In this document: positions 49,418 through 64,000 of the stretch, piece after piece
Position numbering within the stretch: position 1 is the first letter of the stretch
Layout: the number at the start of each line of letters is the position of its first letter
From: Flaccisagitta enflata
Taxonomy: Eukaryota
Length of the DNA: 64,000 nt
Assembly (NCBI GenBank): GCA_965153355.1
Contig: OZ231126.1
Coordinates: 46,624,001-46,688,000, forward strand
Reading direction: 5' to 3'
Program-made: the position numbers and the translations under genes
The notes under the pieces: generated by a model
What the model saw: only the letters and a program-made list of their open reading frames with translations
The model's database searches: none
What the model was told of the DNA's origin: nothing

Positions 49418-49762
49418 TCTTTATTCCTGCGTTGATACGCCTGCCTCTCGTGGCTTTTGGACAAATTAAAACAAAAAACAAAAAGAAGTGACATGATAAA
49501 GAAGGATGAGTTTTCATTGTTGAAAGCCCTAGGCGCTTTGACTCCTTTTCTTGACGCACATCAAGATAAGAGGATAGATAAAAGGGGTTGTATTATCTAG
49601 ATATCATCGAGATATTCCCTATGCAATATCGCGATAATTTTCCCAATGCGACAACCCCTAAAAAAGGTGGGGTTATACAGTGAGTAGATAAGTAACACAT
49701 ATATGAGTTATGACCCGGCGTTGCAGTACGTACAGTAGATGTCGTCTAGACTTGGAAATACG

Positions 49763-50201
49763 GGGGAATTCATTACAGGAGGACAAATACTTAAGAGTAT
49801 TGGAATATAGACTAATGAAACGATGCTTTTTCCCATGGCGACAGTTGCTATGGAAACACATTTTAATGTATAATAACGAATGTTTTATTATTTTGTTTAG
49901 TTTACAATGTTTTTGAAATACAATTTGCAAACTTTTAGTATGTTCTGTAATAATACTTGTCGTTTTCTTTCTTGCCTTTAATTATGTTGACAGCAGATGC
50001 TCGTTTAGCAAATCTCACAACAATTTCTTCAGAACATTGTAAATTGTCGCAAATTTATAAGCAATTTTCCCTCAAAATTGCTCAAAATTGAACTAGATGT
50101 TAATGTTTTTATGGCAACCAACCAACATAAAACATCTTTTTATCAGTTTACATTCTAAATATCAGTCATAACTAAATTTGTCTTCCTGTAATGAATTCCC
50201 C
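49763..50201. mobile_element. MITE with 26-bp TIRs
   Basis: ggggaattcattacaggaggacaaat / atttgtcttcctgtaatgaattcccc. Confidence 0.7.
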
Positions 50202-51719
50202 AATAAATCCATATTCTCCTGTAAATCTACATATCGGTAAAGGGGTGGGGGGTACAAGCGGAAATGCTTTTACACTTTCAAAGTAAGCACGAGTGTTATG
50301 GATGGACTGACGGATTAACAGACTAATCGACGGACAAAGCCCTTTTTAGAGTTATGAGTCAACAAAGAACCCCCCCCCTCAAAAAAATGAAAATGAAAAT
50401 AAAAATAGAAATTAAAAAAAAAAGAAAGAAAGAAAGAAAAAAAAAAAGCGTTGACAAAATAATTAATTTCAATTATGATTGTTTTTAGTCGCGTGCACGC
50501 GACTCTATACCTTGCTCTGTCGGTCGGTAGGTCGGTAGGTCCGTCGGTCCCGTAACCTTTTTTAATTTTCGACATTTTTTAACATTTTTTAACATTTTTT
50601 TGCATTTTTTAACAATCTTTAACATTTTTTAACATCTTCTGACTTTTTTGGCATTTTAACATTTGTTAACATTTTTTATTATTTTTGATTATTTTTTAAC
50701 ATTTTTTAACATTTTTTAACATCATTTAACATTATTTAACATTTTTTAACATTTTTTAACATTTTCTAACATTTCCTGAAATTTTTAACATTTTGTCTGT
50801 CATTTCCAGACGCACGCGACTGTTGCCCTCTTGGGCTTGTTTTACCTATCATTCGGTTTTCTTCGATGCTTTGGAGCAACATAGATTTGCGTAAATACAT
50901 AAATAAATGAATCGTAAGGAAAAACGAAAAAGCGATGGGAGAGGTCGGGTCGATCGGGGTGCTAAACGCCTTTTTCTGCCCATCGACCAGCGATCCTATT
51001 TTAAGCAACGTCGCCCAATGATCATTTAGCGACCAATGTTTGGGCAGCCCTAACTGGGAATTATGGTGGCCACCGAGACAGAGAGGTCGAACCCCGTGGC
51101 CCCGCGCGCTGAAAACCAATCGCCTGTCAAAACGGCAACAATCGAGAGACGGCGAAAGACAGCAACCAGACCAATTGCCAGCTTCGCGTCAACGCCGTCT
51201 GACAATTTTGTCCGTTTGTCTGTTTATCTGTTTATTTGCCTGTCAATCTCGTTGTCTGTTCCCCCCCCCCCGCCCACGACGATATTGTAAGTGACAATAC
51301 TATTTGTGACCTCGTGTCACTTGTTCCATTTTCACATATTTTCATCCAAAGCCTAAGGCCCACAAGCTCTCAAGTTCCACGCGGCTTGAATAATATAATA
51401 GCGAGAAGGCCCGACGTATGATCAAAAACTAAAAAACATTTTCTAACAAACATACGACAGATCACCCATACCAGCAGCAAGCACGTGGTCGTCAGTAACC
51501 AACGCTTTTGGGCATGATCGCATGACTGAAACACCCTTGTCCTCCCACAAAAAAGCATTCCGTCAACTGGTTTCGTTATTTAAAAGAATCAAAATATGTA
51601 AAATTTCGGGCACCCATTGTCACTGTGCCATCCTCCTTTTGGTTATGGATATCTCAAAGGTGATGTAGTGACCTTTATACACGTATGTGCGTGCATGTGT
51701 GTGTGCGCGCGCGCGCGTT

Positions 51720-52939
<1,220 letters not shown>

Positions 52940-53093
52940 GGAAGAGTGGTTGACCAAGTTCTTTCGCTCATCAACTCATTCCATCACTATCTACTGTACT
53001 CATTGACGGTTGAGCTAAGATTTATTCATCCCTTCTGACCCATAAACTTACGACATCTATTATGCAGTCTTCAATGGAAATGAATCACTGACC

Positions 53094-53314
53094 AAACAAG
53101 GCCGGATACGCGGCTACCCCAGTCGCGTGCGGGTGGGCAGGGGCAGTGCTAGAGAAGGTCCCCAGAGCTTTTGGGCAGGAGCGGTAGGCTCAAAAAGCTC
53201 AAAAACGCCAAAAAAGTAAAAAGAGGACCAACCAACCGACCGACCAACCGACCGACCAACCAACCAACCGACCGACATAGCGGGGTGTAGAGTCGCGTAG
53301 CATGCGACTAAAAA
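53094..53314 (-). mobile_element. Helentron-associated / DINE-1-like element, same family as 11688-11901
   Basis: Reverse-complement copy with the same subTIR, an (ACCR)n tract and the stem-loop. Related copies at 22071-22256, 45796-46001 and 50481-50843. Confidence 0.75.
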
Positions 53315-54727
53315 GAAAGAAAGAAAAAAAAAGAAAGAAAGAAAAGAAGCAAACTATCGTTGTCCCGCCTTCCATGATTCAATGTTGAGTCGTAGAAACG
53401 GTAGAAATACGTAAATTTTAACTTTTTTTTTAGCATGCGTTATCTAAAGATGCTCGCCCATGACCGTCCGTTGATCCACCGGTCGGTAGATTGGTCTGTC
53501 GATCCGTCGTGCACGCTCAACCACCAATGTGAGCGCTGGCGTTTAGTGATTTCTGAGCCTTGCCATTGCCTACCACATTACAGCCCCTACCCACCGATAT
53601 CATGGCCTTGATTTTAAAGCGAGCCCGCGAGACCGATGCTCTTTATTTTGCTGTCGGGCTTTCATGTTTTGCTAGATGTGAGCCCGGGAGGCTCTTTCAA
53701 ATTAGGCTGCATATCGTCCTCACAAGTTGCGTTCATACTGAACATGTTGGACCTGTTGATGATACTTTAACCTTTAAAATTTGATAATTTTCACCTACTG
53801 AATCATTTGATCAATCAATCTACTTGACAGAAAAAGTGTGAACAGATAACGGCGCTAAATCCGTGAACTAATCCGGAAAAAGTGTTTTGTCGCAGACCGG
53901 CCATTCTGTAAGATCTGTACGTCCTTATACGTTGCAACTAGTGACGGCCCGATCTCCAGGTCGTTTCAAAAGTAGAAGCGAATTGAACTCAAATTGCACA
54001 ATGAATTAATCTCCAAGTGAGTTGATTTCTTTATATAATGCTCCTCCAACATAAAATCGATTAGGATAAGTCAGATGATTGACGGTTTGTTTCGGAAAAA
54101 AGTTGAAAAACGTCGAAAGTACTTAATTTAATCCACTAAATATATTTTGATGATGGCAAAGTAGTCTCATTCAGTAATCGATAGGGTAAGTTTTTGTTTT
54201 TCGCTCAAACAAAATCTTTTCCCTCGTAACTTCAACATGCAAATTAGGGTTTTATGACGTCTTTTATCGAGCTCGTTGTTTTACGGTCGGGCTCAATCAA
54301 ATTGTGAGAAGCAAGCCCAAAAGGCTCATTCGAAGAAATAGTTAAAATCAGGCCTGATTATTCATAGCCCCTATCCACTCAGTCAACTGCCCTTGCCCTC
54401 GCGCATTACTGCGCCTGTTCATCCGCAATATACCGCATGTTGATTTAAAATGGGGTCAATCTAAGTTAGGAAATTGCGGAACATCTATTCTACCCAGTCT
54501 GATTCCAGCAATAAAAACAAACAAACAAACAAACAAACTCTTGAGCATGCTTGCTAATGAAAGTGGAAAGTAATTGCAGCCAAACAGTCGCTGGAAATGC
54601 CTCGTTGAAGGCAAGGAAAAAAAACCTTTTCGTTCGATGCGCTATTTTTAGAACCATTTGTTTTACGAGTTGCCATTTCGGCAGATACTTACACGTCGGG
54701 TATGTGTGTTTCCTTTCCAGGAAAATA

Positions 54728-55290
54728 CAGTATGATCCATCTCGACTGTAACATTTCACGACGGCATGGCTCAAAAACTAAAACAGACTGTTCAATTCTG
54801 AAAAAAAACATATGAAAATTAATTGCTTGGCATTTTATGATAGACTATTTCCCAGACTTTTCTATCAAATTTTGATACTTTTTACACACAAAAGACTTTC
54901 TAGCAAATTATGCTAAAAAAGGTCATTTTTCTGTCTTTTTTTCACAAAACTGTATCCAATTACAATTTTTCTCACTTTAACCTTAAACCACATCAATATA
55001 ATTAATATTTGAGACCTATTTGATAACAAGAAGTGAAAACGTTTAGAAAATTAAAGCAATCCACAAAAGAATTTTTTTAACTAAGTCACAAAAATGTTTG
55101 TTTTGCAAAGCATGATTATTGGTTCATTAGAAATTTAGGGGTTTAGATTTTCTAAAAAAAAATCCTGGGCATCAATCATCATAAAATGCCAAATCATTAC
55201 CTAACAGAGACTTTTTTCAGAATTAGATTATCTTGATTACTTTTTTAGCAATGCCGTCATGAAACGTTACAGTCGAGATGAATCATACTG
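54728..55290. mobile_element. Tc1/mariner-type MITE
   Basis: ~40-bp TIR cagtatgatccatctcgactgtaac.tttca.gacggcat with TA flanks. Confidence 0.85.
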
Positions 55291-56758
55291 TACAACTACG
55301 AGTACTGAAGATGTGAGGTAGCAACCAGTCAAAGAGTCTTGTCGAAATAAGGCCGGATGTCGGGTAGCATCTGATGCTCGCGATTTAGCAGGAAGATTGA
55401 TCGATTGATCGTGCAAGAGTAGTCATGCAAAATCGCCCCAAAACTTTCAAGCCTAAAGAATAACACATTTTTTTTGCGCGCGCGACCGTCTAACTGACCG
55501 ACCGGCGGACATGCATAACGTAGTAAACCATCAACAGGCCACTGAGATATGATATAAGCCTTTACTCGAGGTAAGTATCTATCAGACAGGTAATGATCAC
55601 TTCGACGTTGCCACAATTTGGTCGACTGGTTCGCTTCAGATGGCTCATAAATCAACGCGAAAAAGTGTGAGAAAAGACGCAAACGCAACGCGTAAACCGA
55701 CGCACAGCGGTGGGTTTGAGGAGGGGTAAAGGGGGGGAGGCGGGTGGAGACAATGGGGGGGGGGGGTGGTTAGGGGTAAGGGATTTCACGAAGAAACTAA
55801 CATTTCCATTCCTTTGGTATAAAAGCAAATAAAATCATCGTCCTTTTTCCTAATCAAACTTGAATAGCAAAACATTTGATAGGTTATGGGAGGAAGGATG
55901 GAGGAAGCAGAGTTCAGCAAAAACAAGTAGCCCAAGGGTGCGATGATGCGTCCATTGGTCATCACACTTGTCAACTGGTCTGAGGCAATATTGTACAGTA
56001 GCATATGCTGGAGAAGAAACAGTCAAATAAATGGCTAGACATGTCTCTTGTAGATATGTCTCTCATAGATATGCGAGGACTTATCAGAAAATAAAGCTTT
56101 GGTAGTCGGAGTGGTGCCAAGTGGATCACGCGAGGCTCCGACCGTGAGCATGAGTGGTTTGAGTTTCTTCCCTCAGGCGATATTCATGATGTTTCAACTT
56201 ACTTACCTCCCCCAACCGCTCCCCACTCTGTTCCTCCTCCATCCATCTGCTCCTCCCTCTCTTCACCTGAATCCCTCATCTTTTACCCCTTTTGTTCCTC
56301 CCTCCACTTTGCTCCTCCCTCTAATCAACAGAATCCCTCATGTATTACCCCCTCTCTGTTCCTCCCTCATGTATTACCCCCTCTCTGTTCCTCCCTCCCC
56401 CTTTGCTCCTCCCTCTATTCACCCGAATCCCTCATCTTTTACCCCCTCTCTGTTTCTCCCTCTGTTCAACCGTATCCCCCATCTGTACTCCCCTCTTCCT
56501 CCATTTCCCCAACTCCCCCATCTGTTCCTTTCTTTGTTTCCCCCTCTGTTTCTCCATTTCCTCTGTTTCCCCCTCTGTTTCTCCCTCTGTTCCTTCATCT
56601 CCCCCACTTAATCTGTTCCTCCATTTCCCCCCTCAGTTCCTCCTTTTGCCCCTCCTTCTGGCTCTGCTTAGCGACTAAAAGGCGTTCGACCTTGTGGCCG
56701 TGAGTTGTAAAAAGCAGCAAAAGCTTTCGGCGTCAACTAAGTCTACTACCTGTTTTCC

Positions 56759-57672
56759 TTTTTGGGCAGCGGCCCCGAAGGGGCCGATGACCTATGCTTT
56801 CACACAGGAGAAAATTCTCCTCCTCCTTCTTCTCCTACTCCTTCTTCTTCTTCTCCGTCCACCCCCTCGACCAGCCTTAAAGTCCAAATTCCAGCTTTGA
56901 GGCTCAAATTCCAGCTACTAGCCTCAAATTCCAGCCTCAAAGCCTTAAATCCAGCCTCAAGGCTCAAATTGAGCCTCAAAGCCCAGAATCCAGCCTCTCC
57001 AGCCTCTCCACTTCTCCTTCCTCTTCTCCTCCTTCTCTGTCCAAAAAATCCAGCCTCGAGGCTCACATTCCAACCATGACCTATGCTTTCACACAGGAGA
57101 AAATTCTCCTCCTCCTTCTTCTCCTTCTCCTTCTTCTTCTTCTCCGTCCACCCTCTCGACCAGCCTTAAAGCCCAAATTCCAGCTTTGAGGCTCAAATTC
57201 CAGCTACTAGCCTCAAATTCCAGCCTCAAAGCCTAAAATCCAGCCTCAAGGCTCAAATTGAGCCTCAAAGCCCAGAATCCAGCCTCTCCAGCCTCTCCAC
57301 TTCTCCTTCCTCTTCTCCTCCTTCTCTGTCCAAAAATCCAGCCTCGAGGCTCACATTCCAACCATGAGGCTCATATTCCAGCTTCAAGCCTCAAATTCAG
57401 CCTCAAAGCCTAAAATCCAGCCTCAAGGCTCAGAATCGAGCCTCAAAGCCCAGAAACCAGCCTTGAGGCTAAATATCCGGTCACATGGCCCTAATTCCAG
57501 CCTCCAAGCTCAAATCGCAGCCTCTAGGCTCAAGTCCAAACATAAAGCCTCCAAAATAACTAAGCATAGGTCATCGGCCCCTTCGGGGCCGCTGCCCCTC
57601 TCACCCTCACACATCCACACACACTCACAGGGGCAACGGGTACCGCTGACCATCTAACGCTTTTGCGACTAT
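56759..57672 (+). mobile_element. Same family as 46253-46896, with an internal ~290-bp tandem duplication
   Basis: Same subTIRs; 56787-57075 repeated at 57076-57365. Confidence 0.7.
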
Positions 57673-59301
57673 TGTCTTTTAGAGCATCTCTCTTTAAGGC
57701 TATCTAAATAAAAGTTCCTCTTTGCGTTTCAGTGCATCTGACAGTCTCAGTCAGTGCTTCCAGTAACAAATATTTGTGGGTCTGCCTGTCTGACTTTCTA
57801 TCTCTCTGTCTTTTTGTCTCTGTCTCTCTCTTTCACTGACTCTGTCTCTGTCTGCACCCTCAGTAATCGGTGGAAATACAATGGAGTTTGCAAGTAAACT
57901 CCACAAATGCGGTTGTCAATTTCTGGTCTTAGGGTCAAATCCGAGTTCTTTGAACACAATTGTAGTTTTTCTTCACAACATCAAAAATCGCAATTAAAAG
58001 CATCGACAGACAGACCGACCAATGTAAGGACCAAAAACTGAAAAAAAAATAACCCTCTTTAAAAGTTGTAAAAATGCTTTTCCAAGCAAGATTGGGTTTC
58101 GCGTTTTGTAAGCCACAGAAATTAATAGACACAAGCATTTCATGACGTTTTGTCTTTAAAATAGCTGCAAGAGATAAATTTTGCTTAAAGAAGGAACTTG
58201 TAACCTAAAACTACCAAATAAAATCAAAAGACAACCGCATTGACGGAGTTTTCTTCATGCTTTGTTCTATTTCCAAAAAAAAAGCCAAATTGAGATGCGT
58301 GTCTGTCTCTTTTAACGCGTCATTCTGAACACTCGCGCCAATAACAATAATAACACCTCATGATATGAAGTGGGCAAAGGCCATTTGCAAAGATGGCGGA
58401 GTTGTACGTTCAGGACATTGCCATATAAAAAGACCGCGCGTATGAGGAACAATAAAAGCCACACGCATAAGCCACCACTCATGAGTTGAGGCACTTAGCC
58501 TCGCGAGTTGCCACTTCCTGCCTAGATTCACAACCCCATTATCCGAAGGTCATAATGAGCAAATGACGTCAAACGATGATGGGGGATATCACTTTCACAT
58601 GCTGATGGAAACAAAGTATCGTGAAGAAAGTACTTTTTTATGAAAAAAAGAAAGAAACCAAAAACAATATTTGTGACGATGAGGAGGACTAGTTGACAGA
58701 TAAGTTCAGTTTGAGAAGAAATGGCATCTCATTGTTCCAAAAAATGGTCAATCGGCCCCGAGAGAGCGGGTGCAGTGAAGAGCGATTTTTATGGTCTCTT
58801 GCGTTTATAAAATGGAGTAGATGTACTTTGCACAACCTACCCCCTCCCTCTCGCCCGTCCCCGCTTGTTTTCCGAGAAAACAGAAACCGATTACCTATTA
58901 CTTGCAGAAAACCACGGAATGACCGTTCGACAGACTCGACAAACGTAGTCGATAGAGCCGCGAACACTCGACTTATGATATTAGCAATATTGAAGTGCGA
59001 CAATCGCCTTAGCTCGTAACGACATATCGCCGCGCCATGAGGACTTAGGAGCATAAAGTAACGAGATGATAACTCGTTGGCGAGCGTTTCTGTTTGTTTC
59101 ATCATAGAAATTCTTTCTTTTATCAGGCGTCCTTTGCTTCTTTTTTTCGTTTGTTTCTTTGTCCTATTACAAGCTTTCATTGTTACTTTTCGTTCTCTCA
59201 TTTTAGGTTGTCCCCCACAAGCACCCACTGTGAGCCAGCATCGTCCCTTAGAGGCCCCCCCCCGCCTTTCTTTCATTCGTTCATTCATCCGTTTTTTTTT
59301 G

Positions 59302-59393
<92 letters not shown>

Positions 59394-59433
59394 TGTTTCT
59401 TTCTTTCTTTATTTCCTTCTTTCTTTTTTTATC

Positions 59434-59537
<104 letters not shown>

Positions 59538-59539
59538 TG

Positions 59540-59597
<58 letters not shown>

Positions 59598-59783
59598 CCT
59601 TCCTTCCTTCTTTCCTTTCTTTCTTACTTTCCCTCGCTCCCTCATTCTTTCGCTGTTTTTCCTCGTTCGTCGGTTGTTCATTTTAGCATCGTTGACCCGT
59701 TTTCTCCCTCACTCGCCCATGAGTCGTCACTCAGCCATAATTGCATTATCACATTCACACGCCCATAGTAAGTCGTAACTCAC

Positions 59784-59868
59784 CCGTTATTTTCCGCGCT
59801 GTTTCGAAAACAAACTTCATGTCATCTGGCGAAGAAGAGGCGTTGCCGAGCGCCGAAGTGTTGTTCAT
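59784..59868 (-). CDS. Peptide GPCR coding exon 1 (N-terminus)
   Basis: MNNTSALGNASSSPDDMKFVFETARKIT-G with N-glycosylation sequons; donor G|gtgagt; phase 1 joins 21006 to give ARKITGLYCYP. Confidence 0.8.
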
Positions 59869-59912
59869 CGTGCCGGTTTTATGTGGTCGAAGAGACTAGA
59901 GCGCGCGCCCAA

Positions 59913-59979
<67 letters not shown>

Positions 59980-60111
59980 AAAGAGAGGGAGAGTTTGTGT
60001 CTGGAGCTCACCAGAGGTGCCTATTCATAAATACTTGAGTGTTTTTCTCTGGCTTCTTTTCGCGATTTTTCCTGTGAGTGTGATATGACCTGTAAAGAGA
60101 TAAAAGACGAG

Positions 60112-60216
<105 letters not shown>

Positions 60217-61609
60217 ATCAGATAGACAGAATCAGACAAAATCAGACAGAAATAAGATTAGACAAAGCCACATTAACAAAAAAGCGGAGGAAAAAAAGAG
60301 TAAAGCATGATTAGCAAAAAGAGAGGAAAAAAGGATCCCCCCCATTATCAGACGAAATTGGATATGGCAAAAACGTCCATCTAACCGTGGCTATCGACAT
60401 CACTCTTTTTCCACGGTCAGGAATTCGCAATTTGTCCATTCCTAAGTCCTAACCTTGTCCTTGTCCTTTCACTGGCCTCGTCCTCTCACTGTCTATGTCA
60501 TCTCACTGCCCTTTGCCTTTCGATGGCGTAATTGCTCCGACCTTTGACCTTCCCAATGCATAATTATGCGAACCTTTGCCCCCTAAAAGTCGCCAAAAAT
60601 GTAGCCAAGCGGAAACATGCTGATATTTGCGAATGGGTTCTCGCTTGGTCGCTCGCGTCTTATTCGTTCCCAAGTGTGCACAAGAAAACTCTAAATCTGT
60701 CCCAAGTGTTCCATACTTTTTTTCTCTGAGCAAGGACAAAGTTTAGATAACGACATAATTTTTGAGAGAAATTTTCAAGATGGACCTTTGCCACATCTTT
60801 TTAGAGATTTCTTTTTTTATACAAACATACAGAACTTTTCTAGTTCAATTTTTAATACGATTTTTGATACAATTTTTGGATACGGTTTCAGAAATATCTG
60901 CAAAATACAGGGACATTCAAAATGGAGCAAAGAGAGAGTGACCTCGACACCCACATAGAGGTTTATACTAGAACTACAGCCACACCCAGCTATATCGGAT
61001 CCGATAATAAAGGAAAACCGCCTCTTACGAATATCATTTTGTTTCTTATATTAGCAAAAATTGGAATCCGTCTATGTAACAGATCAAATTCATTGGTACC
61101 TTGGCATCCGTTATTGCGAGGTTCAACTGTGCTCTCGTCCTTAACAGTATACTATGTACCATGTATACTATGTACTATGTACTATCATATCATGAGAATC
61201 GAAACGAAGAGATGAAATAAGGTGATGGTTAAGAGAAAAACATAAAAACTTTTGATATACAACTCTATTCAAAAGACTAAATTGGTCTGTTGGTCCTTTG
61301 GTCCATTGATTCGGCTGTGGGTCCCTTACAATGAGAGAGAATACGTACTTCTACCCCAAACCCTTCGTCCGCAACGAAATAGCAACCCCGGGTTACTTGT
61401 GATAGCTCATAATGAAAAGGATAAGGTGAGCGTTGGAGTACACAAATAGGAAAAAGCAAAGAACGGCAGCCTTATCCAGAACCACACACACTCAAACACA
61501 AAATACATCAAACTGTAATATGTCAAATGTTATCAAGAATATAAAATCATATTGGGGCGAGGGGTGAGGGTAATAACCGGAGGGCAACGAACAGGACAGG
61601 AAGGGAGGC

Positions 61610-61690
<81 letters not shown>

Positions 61691-61952
61691 AGACAGATCA
61701 GAAGAGAGACAGAAACAGTGGAAATAGGAGAGAAAAATGAGAATTGGCATCTGGATGATTTAAGTTTTAAAAAAATCTAAATTGAGCAAAAAACCTCTGA
61801 AGGCAGCTGAGGCGACACCGCGAAATTGAATTTGAAGAAAGGCACATTGATGCGGAAAAAACTCTATGATTACGAGTTACGAAATAAGAAGTCATGAAAA
61901 TGAATGTCGTTGAGAGAGGTGACATGAATTGCAGAGAGAACAACAACAACAT

Positions 61953-62048
<96 letters not shown>

Positions 62049-63032
62049 CTTTCCTTGTCATTGCCATATCACTCACAGGCAGCACTGACAACCAAAAAGA
62101 ATCACTATGACGACCATTGAAGTCTCGAAACCGTAGAATCATTGATTGAGCCTTGAAGCCTCATCAAACAGCACGTCATAGAGGTCAAAGGACACCAACA
62201 TCGGATTGCGGTATCGTATAGGGAAAATGCTCAGCTATACCTCTAGGGATTCAAGAGTGTTTGTAAGTGCCGGCAAAATGAGACAACTCCTTGGAGAGAT
62301 GGGGGGAATGTCAACGATTCTGAGAGGGAAAATGCTTTACCACTAGGGACTCTAAAGAGTATTTCAAAGTGCCCTTCAGATGAAACAAGCCCATAAGGCC
62401 AACAATCACGTGCTCCGTTTTACATGAAGGCCATATGCACTCCCCCAAATCGCGGATGGGAAGGCAGGAGCGGCATAGCGAAAAGACGCGCACATTTTGT
62501 TTTAGTTACGGACGGACTGAATGACCGACCGATGGACCATCACAGCAAGTTCTAGAGTCGTATGTCCGCGACGAATTACACACACAACTATATAGATACC
62601 TACTCCTTCCCTCCTTCCTTCCTTCCTTCCTTCCTTCCTTCCTTCCTTCCTTCCTTTAAGAAATGTGAGCGGCGGACTGACGGTCGACGGACCGATGTGT
62701 AAAGTCGCGTGCACGGGACTAAATCAACCTTGCAATAAAGAGAGGGAGAAGGGGGGGGGTGTTTGGGAACGCCAACGAATCAGAAGTTGAATGAGTATTC
62801 AAGTATTCCAGACGCGCGGCTGAGGCTTCCCCATCAAGTCAAAAGATTCTTTTTTTTTTTATTTTGCTCCCACTTGTCCAACAATAAGTCTTGCACGTAC
62901 GTGACACTTGAAAGAGTTCCAGCGCTCTTTCATGTCCTCTTTTTTGTCTCTGCCTATCATTTTGCGTACAATTGTCTGTTTTTGTCTGTCTGTCTATCTG
63001 TTTATCTCGCTGTCTGTGTCCCTGTCTGTCTC

Positions 63033-63123
<91 letters not shown>

Positions 63124-64000
63124 AATTGTTTTTAACACACTCTATGCACCATGTTCTAGATGAAAATGGAACATGAAAATGAAAACGAACACAATATTTA
63201 TTCCCTTCATGGAGCAAAATTAGTACAATAGTCAATAGCCTTATCCGGGAGGGTGGGGGTTGCACTTAGGTCGAGAATTCCTACGGCGTTAATATCAAAA
63301 TTCAAAAAAGTTGGCGTGTCTGTGTTGAACAACGTGTTCAAGGCAATCCCCATAAAATAGTCAAACGATTAACAAAATGTAAAAGCGGAGAGCCACCAGT
63401 TACCGGTAATGATACCGCTAAAACGAGAAAAAAAGTGTCCATGATACATCTGAAGGACTCTGTTAAGAGTCATTGACACCCTCTCATACATACGCCAACT
63501 TAAATGAGATGAATGAGATGTTTTCGATTGTCTCGGGGAGATATTTTTGCTTGTATCAAATGGAATTAATGAAAGGTGAGTCGGTCGCTAGTGGCGCTTC
63601 GATATATCATCTATAAAAGCCAATAGTCGATCTGTTATCACATGTATAAAAACCAATAGTCGATATGTCATCCATAAAAGCAAATAGTCGATATGTCATC
63701 TGTAAAAAGCCAATAGTCATTTGATAGCAGTTCAGGCGAATGTCACAATCTCTTTTCGACGCGAGAACCCGACTTCCTATCGCTTCAACAGTGTTGCTGC
63801 TTTAGCTACAGCATCGTATGAAGTTTCAAAGGTTTGATGACACACCTAACTACTCTAGGTACCTTGTCAAACCATTTTTGGCGACCATCCCCACCCCAAG
63901 GGGGTTGAAAAATAGGGCCAAATGGGTCATTTTGGCTTGTCCGAGATTTGTCCGGACAAGCACAAGGCTAATAAAACCAATCAAAAATAGTCTAATCATA

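Noticed and set aside
62070-62480. Possible degraded LINE endonuclease fragment (DFNGRH...W, GGV on the minus strand)
   Set aside because: Motifs lie in different frames with stops; too weak to call without a profile search.

Overview
Repeat-rich animal (invertebrate-like) genomic DNA, not prokaryotic. A minus-strand, multi-exon rhodopsin-class peptide GPCR gene (FMRFamide/sex-peptide-receptor-like) spans at least 59868 to 5998. I assembled eight coding exons in frame from GT-AG sites; no TM7/C-terminal exon was found, so it probably lies left of the window. The ~38.8-kb intron after the first coding exon holds an apparently intact, very young, 19.8-kb Bel/Pao LTR retrotransposon (22954-42764, minus strand, ~848-bp near-identical LTRs, GAGAG flanks). 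The element is unusual in several ways. Gag and pol are in frame, separated by one UGA. There is no tRNA-type PBS, but a perfect complement to an LTR-internal sequence suggests Tf1-like self-priming. A ~9.5-kb accessory region carries intron-containing non-env genes, an ETS/YY1/CCAAT/octamer motif cluster, three copies of a covarying three-way-junction RNA motif, and an array of UNCG-type mini-hairpins. The rest is microsatellites, MITEs and Helentron/DINE-like non-autonomous elements. All alignments, splice models and folds were done by eye.
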